Assembly: GCF_001194135.2 (NCBI RefSeq)
Contig: NC_068993.1
Location: forward strand, 54,610,808 to 54,647,545
DNA: 36,738 nucleotides
Direction: 5' to 3'
DNA from: Octopus bimaculoides
Taxonomy: Eukaryota
Positions 1 to 11,072 of this stretch are shown here, piece by piece; the stretch's first letter is position 1, and the number at the start of each line of letters is the position of its first letter. The translations under genes were made by a program, and so were the position numbers. The notes below the pieces were generated by a model. That model did not search any database. It was given only the letters and a program-made list of their open reading frames with translations, and was not told the origin of the DNA.

Positions 1-80
1 CGCATGTATACATACATATGTGTATATGTATGTTCAATTTCTGTGTCTGAGTATACACACACACACACACACACACACAG

Positions 81-250
81 ATATAGTGAGAATTTACAAA
101 AAAAGACAAAAGACAAAAGACAAAGACGGGTATGTAAACAACAGACAGATGAATTAGTTTAACACTCAGGAAGTGAGAAAGTCTTTTACGTTTCGAGCCT
201 ACGCTCTTCGACAGAAAGGAACACAGAAAGAAACAGGGAGAGAAAATAGA
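81..250 (-). mobile_element. Putative Penelope-like pLTR remnant / small non-autonomous retroelement carrying a minimal hammerhead-like motif
   Basis: The minus strand of 183-218 reads CTTT-CTGTCGA-A-GAGC-GTAG-GCTC-GAAACGTA-AAAG, which is the CUGANGA..hairpin..GAAAC-GUH layout of minimal hammerheads in Penelope-like element pLTRs. Element boundaries are approximate. Confidence 0.4.
183..218 (-). ncRNA. Minimal type-I hammerhead ribozyme-like motif with non-canonical core (CUGUCGA instead of CUGANGA)
   Basis: Helix I is CUUU/AAAG (4 bp), helix II is GAGC-GUAG-GCUC (perfect 4-bp hairpin), followed by GAAA, palindromic ACGU at helix III and a GUA cleavage triplet. The A6 position is U. Confidence 0.4.
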
Positions 251-464
251 GAAAGGTATAGAGGCTAGGGATTCTTTCTCCTACTGTGCTCAGACCGTAG
301 TATAAAGAGTCCCATGCTGGGATTTGAGCCGTTTAACGATCCAGTCGATTCGAAAGGCACAATTTGAAACCCGCACGGAGAGCTAACAAAGCAGATATGC
401 ATGGCTCCCACCGCCGGGAAAGCAAGGATTGCAAATACGGAAACAGCACCGTTACCACTAGCAA

Positions 465-835
465 CATCATCATCATCATCATCATTATCGCCGTCGCCGC
501 CGCCGTCAACACCATCACCATCATCATAATCATCAGCGGCGAGCAGCATCGAGACGACGACAACGAGAACAACAACAGCAATTATCAGAACAGAAATAAC
601 AAAAGTAGGTGGGCCGCAATCTCGTGGATCTTTCTTATCATCATTTGCATTCATTGCCTGAAACATCATCACTCTCATCATTCTTATCATCATCATTATC
701 ATCATCATCATCGTCGTCGTCGTCGTCGTCCTCCTCCTCCTCCACCTCCACCTCACATCATCATCATCATCATCATCGTCATCGTCCTCACTACAGCCAC
801 CGCCACCACCACCAACAATGACAACGACGATCCAT
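465..835. repeat. Mosaic trinucleotide repeat tract (CAT/CGC/CGT/CCT/ACA/GAC)
   Basis: Directly visible runs. They explain the poly-I/H/S/R/P/M/D ORFs at 265-849. Confidence 0.9.
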
Positions 836-1340
836 TCATTATGTGTTAGAAAATGAAAAAAAAAAAACTATATGAAAGATCTTTCCTACTTCGCCACCCC
901 CTTCCCTTCCCCATCTATCCGCCATAGTGACGAAGACACCCCCGAGGTGTTGTTATATAACAGTATCCGTCTGTTGCTATGCGATTATGATTTATCTGTA
1001 AAAATCTGCTTAAGACGTATATTTATAGCAGAACACCNNNNNNNNNNNNNNNNNNNNNNNNNNNNNNNNNNNNNNNNNNNNNNNNNNNNNNNNNNNNNNN
1101 NNNNNNNNNNNNNNNNNNNNNNNNNNNNNNNNNNNNNNNNNNNNNNNNNNNNNNNNNNNNNNNNNNNNNNNNNNNNNNNNNNNNNNNNNNNNNNNNNNNN
1201 NNNNNNNNNNNNNNNNNNNNNNNNNNNNNNNNNNNNNNNNNNNNNNNNNNNNNNNNNNNNNNNNNNNNNNNNNNNNNNNNNNNNNNNNNNNNNNNNNNNN
1301 NNNNNNNNNNNNNNNNNNNNNNNNNNNNNNNNNNNNNNNN

Positions 1341-1375
<35 letters not shown>

Positions 1376-3825
1376 TTATTTATTTATATATATATATACA
1401 TATTTATACACACACATATACATATATATACGTACATACATATATATATATATTTATGTGATGTACACACGCACACACACACACACACACATATAATAAC
1501 AACAACATTGACAACAGCAACAGTAGAAACATCTAACATCTCCAGAAACTACAATGTTGGTGCTGTACATGAAACTGACTAACTTATAAAGAATTTGCAG
1601 ATTTGGTTTTCCGTCTCAGAGTTGCAGCACTAAAACAACTTGCGGGGGTCTCTGTTAATTGTTCTACGTTTGTTAAAGACTACAACCTTATTGTTTATGT
1701 TCCTAGTTTTGTTGTTGTTTTTATAATTGTTCGTTATTTTGTAATGAAACAGAATGGTTGAAAACGCTGTATTATTTGCTGTTACATTGCCGTTACACTC
1801 GTGTCACACCGTGGTGATACACCGTGGTTGTTATTGCTTGTTTTCTAGCCTCGTGTCTGCCTGTTTGGGTAGATCTATAATCAAAGGCATTCTAACCGTG
1901 ACCGTCCCATTTTAAGGCACTATGGACCCGTAGCTACATTATCAAATGTGTCTTTTGTTTTTGAAGACGCTCTGATCTGAGGGTGATTTGGTTCGTATTT
2001 CTTACAGATCGAGCAACCACATAGAAGCACCTTCGTTTGCTCGTTGTATACAATCGTAAATACTCCACCACCATACCTCGACTACCACGACAACGACCAC
2101 CGTGTTCGTCTTTCTGTCTGAGTTGCTGTATCCGAGATCTTCTGTGTATATGTGGTTGCCGTTTTAATCTTAACTAAATTCATGCTGTATGAAAGCCACA
2201 ACCACCACCACACCTAACTCCTTCCTTCAAGCACGTGATCCCTATCTGACAAACTTTAATATTTCAGCCCACACTACGCAGCCGCTCGCAAAATAAACTA
2301 CTTCACTCACCATTCCATGACCCTAATGATCATTAAATGCAAAATGTGTCAGCCCAAACGCTAACCAACCATAAATTCAATCTCTTACATTGGAATTTTC
2401 CCAAATACACGTAGTTTCCCCTGTGATGGCAGCTATTACAAGGGAGTTAATCGTTTCTTCATAATATGAAGCGGGATTAGAAATTAGAATTGCGAAGAAA
2501 ATGATGCAGAGAATTCCCATATTTTTTATGTTTTTCTTTACTTATAAGGAATTTTCCTCCATTTTTATCAATGGCTAAATTGCAATTCTTAAATACAAAT
2601 CTTATTCACCTAGATCTTTATCTTCTATACCTCCAGATCTCTGTTGTCCAAACTAACAATTACGTGGAAACGAATTCATTTACATGTACACTTATGTACA
2701 CTTACACGTACACTTATACACACACACACACACGTATATTTATTTACATTTACACAATAAACAATGGACTTCAAAATCAGGAACGAAATGAGACAGGTGT
2801 AAAATGTCTTGAAACCGGATACTATTCTGCTCAGTTATAAAGATATTCTGTATATCTGTGGTTTCTTAAGAAAGTAAAGTTAAAACAAAACTAGCCTCTG
2901 GAGATTTTACAAAATCCATTCTTGTCAAATCCATTCGTTAATTGTCGTTTCCAGTGTAACTTATAACTGGTTACAAAAACAACCATGTTTTGCTTGGCAG
3001 ACACCAGAACGGCTTTACATGGCAAAGGAACCAGCGCGGTTTAAACCAACCAAAAAACTAAAGAATTATATTTCCACTTTGGTGAATAATTTAGAAATTA
3101 AAAAGAAAAAATATCAAAGCATTGTTGTAATTTCATTATTACCTGCTTCACTTCGAAACCGCTTCCCTCACCTCTTTAAGATATGCATCACTTAAGATTG
3201 TGCATCGTGCTGCGTCAATGCAACTGGCTCTCGGCAACAGTTTTTAATGGAACATACGTGGATGGTGGGAAACGTGTGAGATAAGGTCTTCGTTTGAATG
3301 TATTGAAATATCTAAACATGTGATGTGTGAGTGCGCGCGCGCGCGTGGTTTAAAATAGTGGAAAAAGAAAAACAAAAAAGACAAAAGACAGACATTTGAA
3401 GGAACAACAAACAAGATGTTTTAGCTTGACGCTCATGAAAAATGCACGTGTCGATCCTATATATATTTGTACAATATAGTGTGGTAGAGTCTTGTGCAGT
3501 ATATTGCTTTGATATCTACCATATGAAGCTAAAATGATATCTGTAAGGCTGTCCCACTTTGCCTCGGTGTCTAACACTGTCTCTGTGTCTAACACTGCCT
3601 CTGTGTCTCACTCTGTAAGTGGGACTTTGAGTGTCACTTCTTCTGTTCCGGTCTCCCATATCTCACTCACTCAATCTGCCTGTGTGTCTCACTCAAACTT
3701 TTCTTGTGAGTCACTCAGTCTGCTTGTTTCTCACTCCACCGGTGTCTCATTCCATTGGTGTCTCGTTTCAACTGTTTGTATGGCTCACTCAGTCCTGCTG
3801 CGCCTCTCTGTTTGTTTACCCCGTC

Positions 3826-3840
3826 TCTCTTTCTCTCTCA

Positions 3841-3905
<65 letters not shown>

Positions 3906-4763
3906 NNNNNNNNNNNNNNNNNNNNNNNNNNNNNNNNNNNNNNNNNNNNNNNNNNNNNNNNNNNNNNNNNNNNNNNNNNNNNNNNNNNNNNNNNNNNNNN
4001 NNNNNNNNNNNNNNNNNNNNNNNNNNNNNNNNNNNNNNNNNNNNNNNNNNNNNNNNNNNNNNNNNNNNNNNNNNNNNNNNNNNNNNNNNNNNNNNNNNNN
4101 NNNNNNNNNNNNNNNNNNNNNNNNNNNNNNNNNNNNNNNNNNNNNNNNNNNNNNNNNNNNNNNNNNNNNNNNNNNNNNNNNNNNNNNNNNNNNNNNNNNN
4201 NNNNNNNNNNNNNNNNNNNNNNNNNNNNNNNNNNNNNNNNNNNNNNNNNNNNNNNNNNNNNNNNNNNNNNNNNNNNNNNNNNNNNNNNNNNNNNNNNNNN
4301 NNNNNNNNNNNNNNNNNNNNNNNNNNNNNNNNNNNNNNNNNNNNNNNNNNNNNNNNNNNNNNNNNNNNNNNNNNNNNNNNNNNNNNNNNNNNNNNNNNNN
4401 NNNNNNNNNNNNNNNNNNNNNNNNNNNNNNNNNNNNNNNNNNNNNNNNNNNNNNNNNNNNNNNNNNNNNNNNNNNNNNNNNNNNNNNNNNNNNNNNNNNN
4501 NNNNNNNNNNNNNNNNNNNNNNNNNNNNNNNNNNNNNNNNNNNNNNNNNNNNNNNNNNNNNNNNNNNNNNNNNNNNNNNNNNNNNNNNNNNNNNNNNNNN
4601 NNNNNNNNNNNNNNNNNNNNNNNNNNNNNNNNNNNNNNNNNNNNNNNNNNNNNNNNNNNCCCCTCTCTCTCTCTGTCTCTCTCTCTGTCTCTCTCTGTCT
4701 CTCTGTCTCTCTCTCTGTCTCTCTCTCTCTGTCTCTCTCTCTCTCTGTGTCTCTCTCTCTGTC

Positions 4764-4796
<33 letters not shown>

Positions 4797-4900
4797 GTCT
4801 CTCTGTCTCTCTCTGTCTCTGTCTCTCTCTCTCTCTGTCTTTCTCTCTCTGTCTCTCTCTCCATCCTTCCTCTCTCTCTCCTCTCTCTCTGTCCCCCTCT
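3826..4900. repeat. (CT)n / (CTGT)n microsatellite spanning a gap
   Basis: Pure (CT)n at 3826-3905 and degenerate CT/CTGT at 4660-4900. Confidence 0.95.
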
Positions 4901-5001
4901 CTCACTTTCATTCTCCCATCCAAGATCTTAGCTATCCAAATACATTACTGAGAAATAAAATGAGACGAGGTTGGCGAAAGAAGAAAAGAAGGAAATAAGA
5001 A

Positions 5002-5091
5002 GGAGAGGGTAACAATAAAGAGGGTGAGAGAGGGAGAGAGAGTGAGGGAGAGGGTAACAATAAAGAGGGTGAGATAGGGAGAGGGAGTGAG
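5002..5091 (+). repeat. 45-bp tandem duplication (2 copies) in a GA-rich tract
   Basis: GGAGAGGGTAACAATAAAGAGGGTGAGA.AGGGAGAG.GAGTGAG at 5002-5046 and 5047-5091, with 2 mismatches. Confidence 0.85.
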
Positions 5092-5439
5092 GGAGAGAGT
5101 GAAAGAGAAGCTACGGAGAAGCGAAGGAAAAGAAAAAAACTAATAGAATATGTTGTTCTGTAGTTTTTTTTTCCAGAAGCAATTTACTGTTTCAGATTAC
5201 GCATTCCCCACTCTTCACCTACTTGCCACCACCACCACTAACACCACCACTAACACCACCACCACCACCACCAGTTCCAAAAGCCACCACCATCACCACA
5301 CCCGCCGCCGCCGCCGTCATTTATTACCTTAAAACCGAAAGCAGTTTGGAAAATCCTTAATTGAAAATCTAGAATTCCTTACAAACATGGTGAACTTAAG
5401 AAAGTTACACCTCCATTATAGCCCTACGATGTGAGTGTG

Positions 5440-5533
5440 TGTACATACATGCATACATACATAGACACACACATACATACATACATACATACATACATAC
5501 ATAGACACATATATATACACATATATATATGTG

Positions 5534-5567
<34 letters not shown>

Positions 5568-6131
5568 NNNNNNNNNNNNNNNNNNNNNNNNNNNNNNNNN
5601 NNNNNNNNNNNNNNNNNNNNNNNNNNNNNNNNNNNNNNNNNNNNNNNNNNNNNNNNNNNNNNNNNNNNNNNNNNNNNNNNNNNNNNNNNNNNNNNNNNNN
5701 NNNNNNNNNNNNNNNNNNNNNNNNNNNNNNNNNNNNNNNNNNNNNNNNNNNNNNNNNNNNNNNNNNNNNNNNNNNNNNNNNNNNNNNNNNNNNNNNNNNN
5801 NNNNNNNNNNNNNNNNNNNNNNNNNNNNNNNNNNNNNNNNNNNNNNNNNNNNNNNNNNNNNNNNNNNNNNNNNNNNNNNNNNNNNNNNNNNNNNNNNNNN
5901 NNNNNNNNNNNNNNNNNNNNNNNNNNNNNNNNNNNNNNNNNNNNNNNNNNNNNNNNNNNNNNNNNNNNNNNNNNNNNNNNNNNNNNNNNNNNNNNNNNNN
6001 NNNNNNNNNNNNNNNNNNNNNNNNNNNNNNNNNNNNNNNNNNNNNNNNNNNNNNNNNNNNNNNNNNNNNNNNNNNNNNNNNNNNNNNNNNNNNNNNNNNN
6101 NNNNNNNNNNNNNNNNTATATATATATATAT
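5440..6131. repeat. (TACA)n/(TA)n/(CA)n compound microsatellite spanning a gap
   Basis: Directly visible. Confidence 0.9.
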
Positions 6132-6207
6132 GAAAACCACATTGCCTTTCATCATAGGTTGAACTGGTTTGAATTAAACTACAAAAAAAAAAGATCAAAA
6201 ACAAAAA

Positions 6208-6262
6208 TTGGCACTCCGTCGGTTACGGCGATGAAGGTTCAAGTTGATCCGATCAACGGAAA
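6208..6262 (-). mobile_element. Possible 3' tail fragment of another SINE family
   Basis: TTGGCACTCCGTCGGTTACGGCGATGAAGGTTCAAGTTGATCCGATCAACGGAA resembles, from memory, the end of an abundant octopus interspersed repeat. Only one copy is in the window, so it cannot be confirmed internally. Confidence 0.3.
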
Positions 6263-6301
6263 TTATCCACGATCCTTTATATATATATATATATATATAT
6301 A

Positions 6302-6439
6302 GGCGCGGGCGTGGCTGTGTGGTGAGAAGCTTGCTTCCCAACCACATATTTCCGGGTTCAGTCTCGCTGCGTGGCACCTTGGGCAAGTGTCTTCTACCAT
6401 AGCCATGGGCTGACCAAAGCCCTGTGAGTGGATTTGGTA
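6302..6439 (+). mobile_element. tRNA-headed SINE, family B (5' part)
   Basis: A-box-like GTGGCTGTGTGGTGAG, B-box-like GGTTCAGTC, then GGCACCTTGGGCAAGTGTCTTCTAC. The same sequence recurs at 11900-11999, 25711-25876, 25902-26037 and 32602-32761. Confidence 0.85.
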
Positions 6440-6604
6440 ATAAATGTATGTGTATTTTTTCAATGTGTGTAAACAACAAGGAAAAAATAAATAGCTAGCA
6501 AGGGTAGATAAAATTCACATAAGTCCCAGGGATATTACGGCCTTCTTATAAAGGTAGAAATTCCAGTGTTAAGTGAAATGTTTTTTGTAACATGGATAAA
6601 TTAT

Positions 6605-6720
6605 GAAATGGAGTCAAACGCAGGTGTTATTCAAATCATGTATACTTCCAGCATATGTTTCGAGGAAAGCATTGAGATTATTCCGGAGGGAATAAAAATG
6701 ATGTAAAATAATCTCGTCGT
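6605..6720 (+). pseudogene. Highly decayed RTE-like reverse transcriptase fragment
   Basis: GVKRRC (cf. GVKQGC motif), then after a frameshift EGIKMM*NNL (cf. GIKI..INNLRFADD). The similarity is weak and judged by eye. Confidence 0.3.
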
Positions 6721-6739
6721 TTATTTATGTGTATGTGTG

Positions 6740-6852
6740 TTTGTGTCTGTATTTGTTCCCGTCCCCACCATCGATTTCTTCGAGCAAAACCTTTCAAGGT
6801 GGTGCTCCAGCATGGCTGTGGTCAAATGACTGAAACGTATAAAAGAATAAAG
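6740..6852 (+). mobile_element. SINE family B 3' tail (internally deleted)
   Basis: AAGGTGGTGCTCCAGCATGGCTGTGGTCAAATGACTGAAACGTATAAAAGAATAAAG is the reverse complement of the tails at 11674-11750 and 15881-15950. Confidence 0.8.
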
Positions 6853-7040
6853 GAATATATGGATGTCTGCATTTCGTAAAGTATCGACATATTCACGAAG
6901 CATAGACTAAAGATAATCCATTTTAATTTCTTATTTATTTAATACGAATCCTTATTTCGCTCATCACCATATTAACCCCGTTTTCTACTGAACCGTATTT
7001 GCAAAGGGTCAACTATAATCTGATAATCAGACGCTCTATC

Positions 7041-7130
7041 CATGACTGGAACCCATCACCACAATTATTATGCTTCATTGATTTCGCTGATAATATGGCA
7101 TTCATCTTATCAGACCTTCACGAGTTGCTT
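7041..7130 (+). pseudogene. Decayed non-LTR (RTE-like) RT catalytic-motif fragment
   Basis: ORF 6999-7211 contains IDFADNMAFILSDLHELL, which resembles the (D)LDFADDIALLS...ELQ motif of RTE-clade RTs. Confidence 0.4.
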
Positions 7131-7591
7131 TGGTTTAAAAAAGCTCTGTTCAAAGGACTTCTTCATATGTATATATATATCCCACTTGTTTATATATATC
7201 CACTACATTAAGAAAACATACTCCACTTCTTTAAATATACCCTACTTTAAATACATCAGATATCATATATGTATGTGTGTGCGTGTGTATACGCACATAT
7301 ACATACAAACACGGGTTTATTAGGGTGTCGAACATATTACCGAGAACAATTTTGCCCATCATCCTTCTTCCTTTTAGGGTCGTGTTGATATAGTGCAAGT
7401 CCTGTACTTTTTTTCTCGTATTCATTTATTCTGTCTGTTTGTCTCTCCCTGTCTGCCTTTGTCTCGTCTGGTAAAAATCGGCTGTGGTCATAACTGGTCC
7501 ACTAGGTCTAAAATTGACCAAGATACGCGTGATGCAGCATACAACTCCATGAAGTATTTGAGGGTCCAAGGAAGGTAAATTTATACATACA

Positions 7592-7644
<53 letters not shown>

Positions 7645-7829
7645 ATACTCCACATCTTTAAATGTCTAACTGCTAGCGTGGTGATACACTCTCCTTTGTT
7701 TTTCCCAATCGATGTTCTACATTTTCCCCTCCCTCAGAATACTGCTCACATCACTTCTGTCGCACACCAAAAAACCCTTTCTGCTCCAAGTTATGAAAAT
7801 AAGTAAGAACAAAGACAAGCACACACAAA

Positions 7830-8110
7830 CAATGTAGATTGGGCAGAATAAGCTGGAATGAGCGTAACAAATCTTGTAGTTCTGGAAAAGCTGAAAGACG
7901 AAAGATGCTACTTAGCTCACATTTTTGACATACGGTGCGCAATGAGTCACTTCCCAAGACCATTCTGACAAGAAATGTGGATGGAAAGAGAGCAAGAGGC
8001 CGTTGAAAACGGAAACAGAAGCCTGGTTGATTATATGCACACAGAACATAGCGGGCAATACAGAGTGTTGGCAAGCCGACCTCTGGACACAAGAAGGACA
8101 CGTGGCTGAT
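7830..8110 (+). mobile_element. RTE-clade LINE 3'-end remnant
   Basis: Translation RISWNE / SVTNLVVLEKL (frameshift) / F*HTVRNESLPKTILTRNVDGKRARGR matches the typical RTE C-terminus (ISW..VTNEEVL..FGHV.R..G.V.GKR.RGR). It has in-frame stops. Confidence 0.75.
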
Positions 8111-8229
8111 AGCTGGTTGGAAAGACTTAATCGCTAATAAGTAACATTATATATTCAGTAAAAGATAAAACAGAATTGTTGCTTGTGTAAACACATTCCT
8201 TGAAAAGATAACGCGTAATTTGAAAGTTT

Positions 8230-8600
8230 TCTACTGAAAGCAAAGATTAAGAAAACGTCGGATGACGAATGGAACATTAATAGAAAGTCTGATAAAGCAG
8301 AACTCTTACTAAATGGTTTGGGAATTAATTAACTATATTTATAGAGCTCTGAAAATGATGAAAACTTGAAACGAGCAAATGAATTCAAATGGTTAGGATG
8401 ATGAATAGAAAACTTAAAAAGAAACAATGAACAGGAATTGAATTGATATGGTTTGTCAGTAATGAACAAGATGTTCTTAATGTGGAATTCAAATATATCT
8501 AATGACCTCAAAATACAGGCCTTAGAGTTGCTATAGAAACACTGATATATGAATGTGAACGCGCCTTCACCTATGAATTTGTAGAAAAAATTTAAAAAGC
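8230..8600 (+). mobile_element. RTE-clade LINE remnant (end of RT domain and downstream region)
   Basis: SDD..DKAELLLN..GIN; ENLKRANEFKWLG (cf. E..F.YLG); MNKM..MWNSNISNDLKI (cf. MNK..KIWKS.LS..LKI); IETLIYECE (cf. ESVLLYGCE). Multiple stops and frameshifts. Confidence 0.7.
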
Positions 8601-8638
8601 CGCAATAATTATGCACCAACCCAATACTATTAGCTTAT

Positions 8639-9084
8639 GAGCTTGGAGGAATTGTTAGTACGCCGGACAAAATGCTTTTTGGTATTTCGTTCGTCTTTAC
8701 ATTCAGAGTTCAATCGTCGCCGGGAGTCGACTCTACTTGTCATAATTGCAGGGTCAATAAAATAAGTGTGAAAGGCGGCGAGCTGGCAGAAACGTTAGCA
8801 CACCGGGCGAAATGCTTAGCGGTATTTCGTCCGACTTCACGTTCTGATTTCAAATTCCGCCGAGGTCGACTTTGCCTTTTATCCTTTCGGGGTCGATAAA
8901 TTAAATATCAGTTGCGTACTGGGGTCGTTCTAATCGACTGGTCCCCTCTCCCAAATTTAGAGCCTTATGCCTAGAGTAGAAAAGTATAAAATAAGTGTCA
9001 GTTATGCACTGGGGTCGATGTAATCGACTAGTCCCCCCTCCCAACGCCCCCGAAATTGCTGACCTTGTGCCAAAATTTGAAACC
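8639..9084 (+). mobile_element. Older family A SINE split by a nested insertion (8639-8769 and 8999-9084)
   Basis: The degenerate head GAGCTTGGAGGAATTGTTAGTACGCCGGACAAAATGCT and the tail GAAATTGCTGACCTTGTGCCAAAATTTGAAACC join into one element once 8770-8998 is removed. Confidence 0.8.
8770..8985 (+). mobile_element. Family A SINE (tRNA-like head, central domain resembling the Nin/Deu domain) with 13-bp target-site duplication
   Basis: AAGGCGGCGAGCTGGCAGAAACGTTAGC...GAGGTCGACTTTGCCTTTTATCCTTTCGGGGTCGATAAA. The TSD ATAAAATAAGTGT is at 8757-8769 and 8986-8998. The domain name is assigned from recalled consensus. Confidence 0.9.
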
Positions 9085-9405
9085 TATTTACCACTTGCTT
9101 GGTGGTCTCTAAAACTGTTGTTGGTTAAAGTTTGATTATTTATTGGCCTGGGAGTGCTTCAGTTTAGACTGAGGCTTTTTGTTTTTCATTTCAGAAACAA
9201 CAGATTTTTAACGTTCAAATGTCATGTACTATATAACTATATAACTATTTAACTATTAGGACAGGTTCTAATGATCCCTGACCTTTTAACTGTGTCAACG
9301 ACCAAATTGTAATGATTGGAATGATTTCCTCTATATTTATTCATGAAAGTATCTGTAGCACCGATACAAATGATGTCAGTGAAACCAGCTCAAAGTAAAG
9401 CGAGA

Positions 9406-9454
9406 GGAAGATGCGAGGCAAGGGGAAGGAAGATGCGAGGCAAGGGGAAGGAAG
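9406..9454 (+). repeat. 22-bp tandem duplication (2.2 copies)
   Basis: GGAAGATGCGAGGCAAGGGGAA is identical at 9406-9427 and 9428-9449. Confidence 0.9.
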
Positions 9455-9652
9455 GTTAGTTTCGACTTGAAACAAGAACAGAAGGAGTTTTTCACTACAA
9501 CTAGAAATGGAAAAGAGTACATTTTCGATATTAATGTGGCCTAGAAAATTAACCCCTTTCCTTAGTTTGTGAATAATGTATTGGTTTTATTGAGGGTCAA
9601 AATATAACTTTGATGAATCTATGGATTTATGATTGCAATGTACGGTCAAATT

Positions 9653-9866
9653 AAGGCGGTGAGCTGGCAGAATTGTAACCACACCGGACAAAATGCTTAG
9701 CGGCATTTTATCCGTCTGCACGTTTTGAGTTCAAATTCCGCCGTGGTCGACTTTTCCGTTCATTCTTTCGGGGTCGATAAAATAAGGACTAGTTGAGCAC
9801 TGGGGTCGATATAATCACCGTACCTTCTCTCCCGAAATTGCTGGCCTTGTGCCAAAATATGAAACC
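9653..9866 (+). mobile_element. Family A SINE, full length
   Basis: Colinear with 8770-8985 and 15315-15556. The tail is GAAATTGCTGGCCTTGTGCCAAAATATGAAACC. Confidence 0.9.
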
Positions 9867-11032
9867 GTAATTTCTTACATCGATTTTAAACTCACACATT
9901 TATCGTAGATGAAAGGAGATTGAGTGATAAATCTCTCTCAGTGGTGGTTTTATCTAAAGAAAAGAGGCAGCAATTGAAATCGGTTCGCCTGGTGATTAAT
10001 TGTTACTTTGCAGTGCTTGGTATTTCCTTTCAATTAGTTACTATAACCGACACATTGTGTCATCCAATTTACCATTCGGTTGATTTCTCAATTGTTAATC
10101 CATCGTTGCTTAACCAATTATTGGTTACCCGTCATCGGTTTCACATTACCATAACCTTTATTTATCCAATTTCTGTTGATACCATTTGAATCCCTGAGGA
10201 TGTTTTTAATTCTAAAATTCACTGGTTTACATTATGTTATTCCTATCCACTTTCTATCTGTTGACTACCCGGCCTGTCAGTAGATTAAAAAATTATCTAT
10301 TGGGGTTAGGGTTGTTTTCTGTTCCATTACTTAAAATTGTTTTCCCTTTGTTTTATTTCTCCCTTGTTCCGACATAAACTGAAACATCATTTCATCTGAC
10401 AAACAACACGGCAAAGAAAAAAGTAGAAATGCTTTACTTTAGAGGGGAAAAAATAAAATTGATGGAAATGTGTGCTGTACAATGGAATCGAACTTGTTTT
10501 CACTAAACATCGACAACAGGGATAAAGTAATTAAGTCTTTATAGGAAAATGCCCGCAGTTTCTTTCACACTGTGTTTTTCCCAGTGAAATAAATTTATCA
10601 CTTGAAGACATCCTCAGTTCGTGTTGTATTGAGCATAAGTAACTCTCTACAAAAGGAGGCGTGAAAGTCAGTAGCAGTATTGTTAAGTGGCCGTGAAGGA
10701 GAGAAAAACAAGAAAAGCCACGAGGTAGATTAAATTACATTCAAGCATACACAGCTTATTGAAAGCACCGCTTAGGTCATGGTTTTTTATCCATTTTTAT
10801 TTTTCGTTTTTTGGTTATTACTTTGTTTAGTTTTATGTTAGAAATATTTATCTTTGTTTTTTTTTTTATCTTCTCTCTCTCTCTCTCTCTTTCTTTCTCT
10901 CTCTCTCTCTTCTATTTGTAGATTTGGTCACGACGCTCATTACATTTGTTTGGCTACAGTTGAGAAACTGAAGCAGACGATAAAATAATACGTGGAAGAG
11001 ACGCAAGAAGAACTTGAGAGAAATGACGAGAG

Positions 11033-11072
<40 letters not shown>

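Noticed and set aside
265-849. ORFs of 163, 161, 82 and 70 aa with poly-His/Ile/Ser/Arg/Pro/Asp
   Set aside because: All frames and both strands are open because of triplet repeats. There is no domain-like sequence.
3001-3195. Open frame TPERLYMAKEPARFK... after an AG
   Set aside because: The acceptor is weak, there is no good donor before the stop and no recognisable homology.
6302-6372. tRNA gene (also at 25370-25434 and 32700-32761)
   Set aside because: A/B-box-like motifs are present, but the cloverleaf is incomplete and each continues into shared SINE body sequence, so these are SINE heads.
10585-10640. Possible micro-exon EINLSLEDILSSCCIEH
   Set aside because: The donor (GTAACT) is weak and no homology is recognised, so it is indistinguishable from chance.
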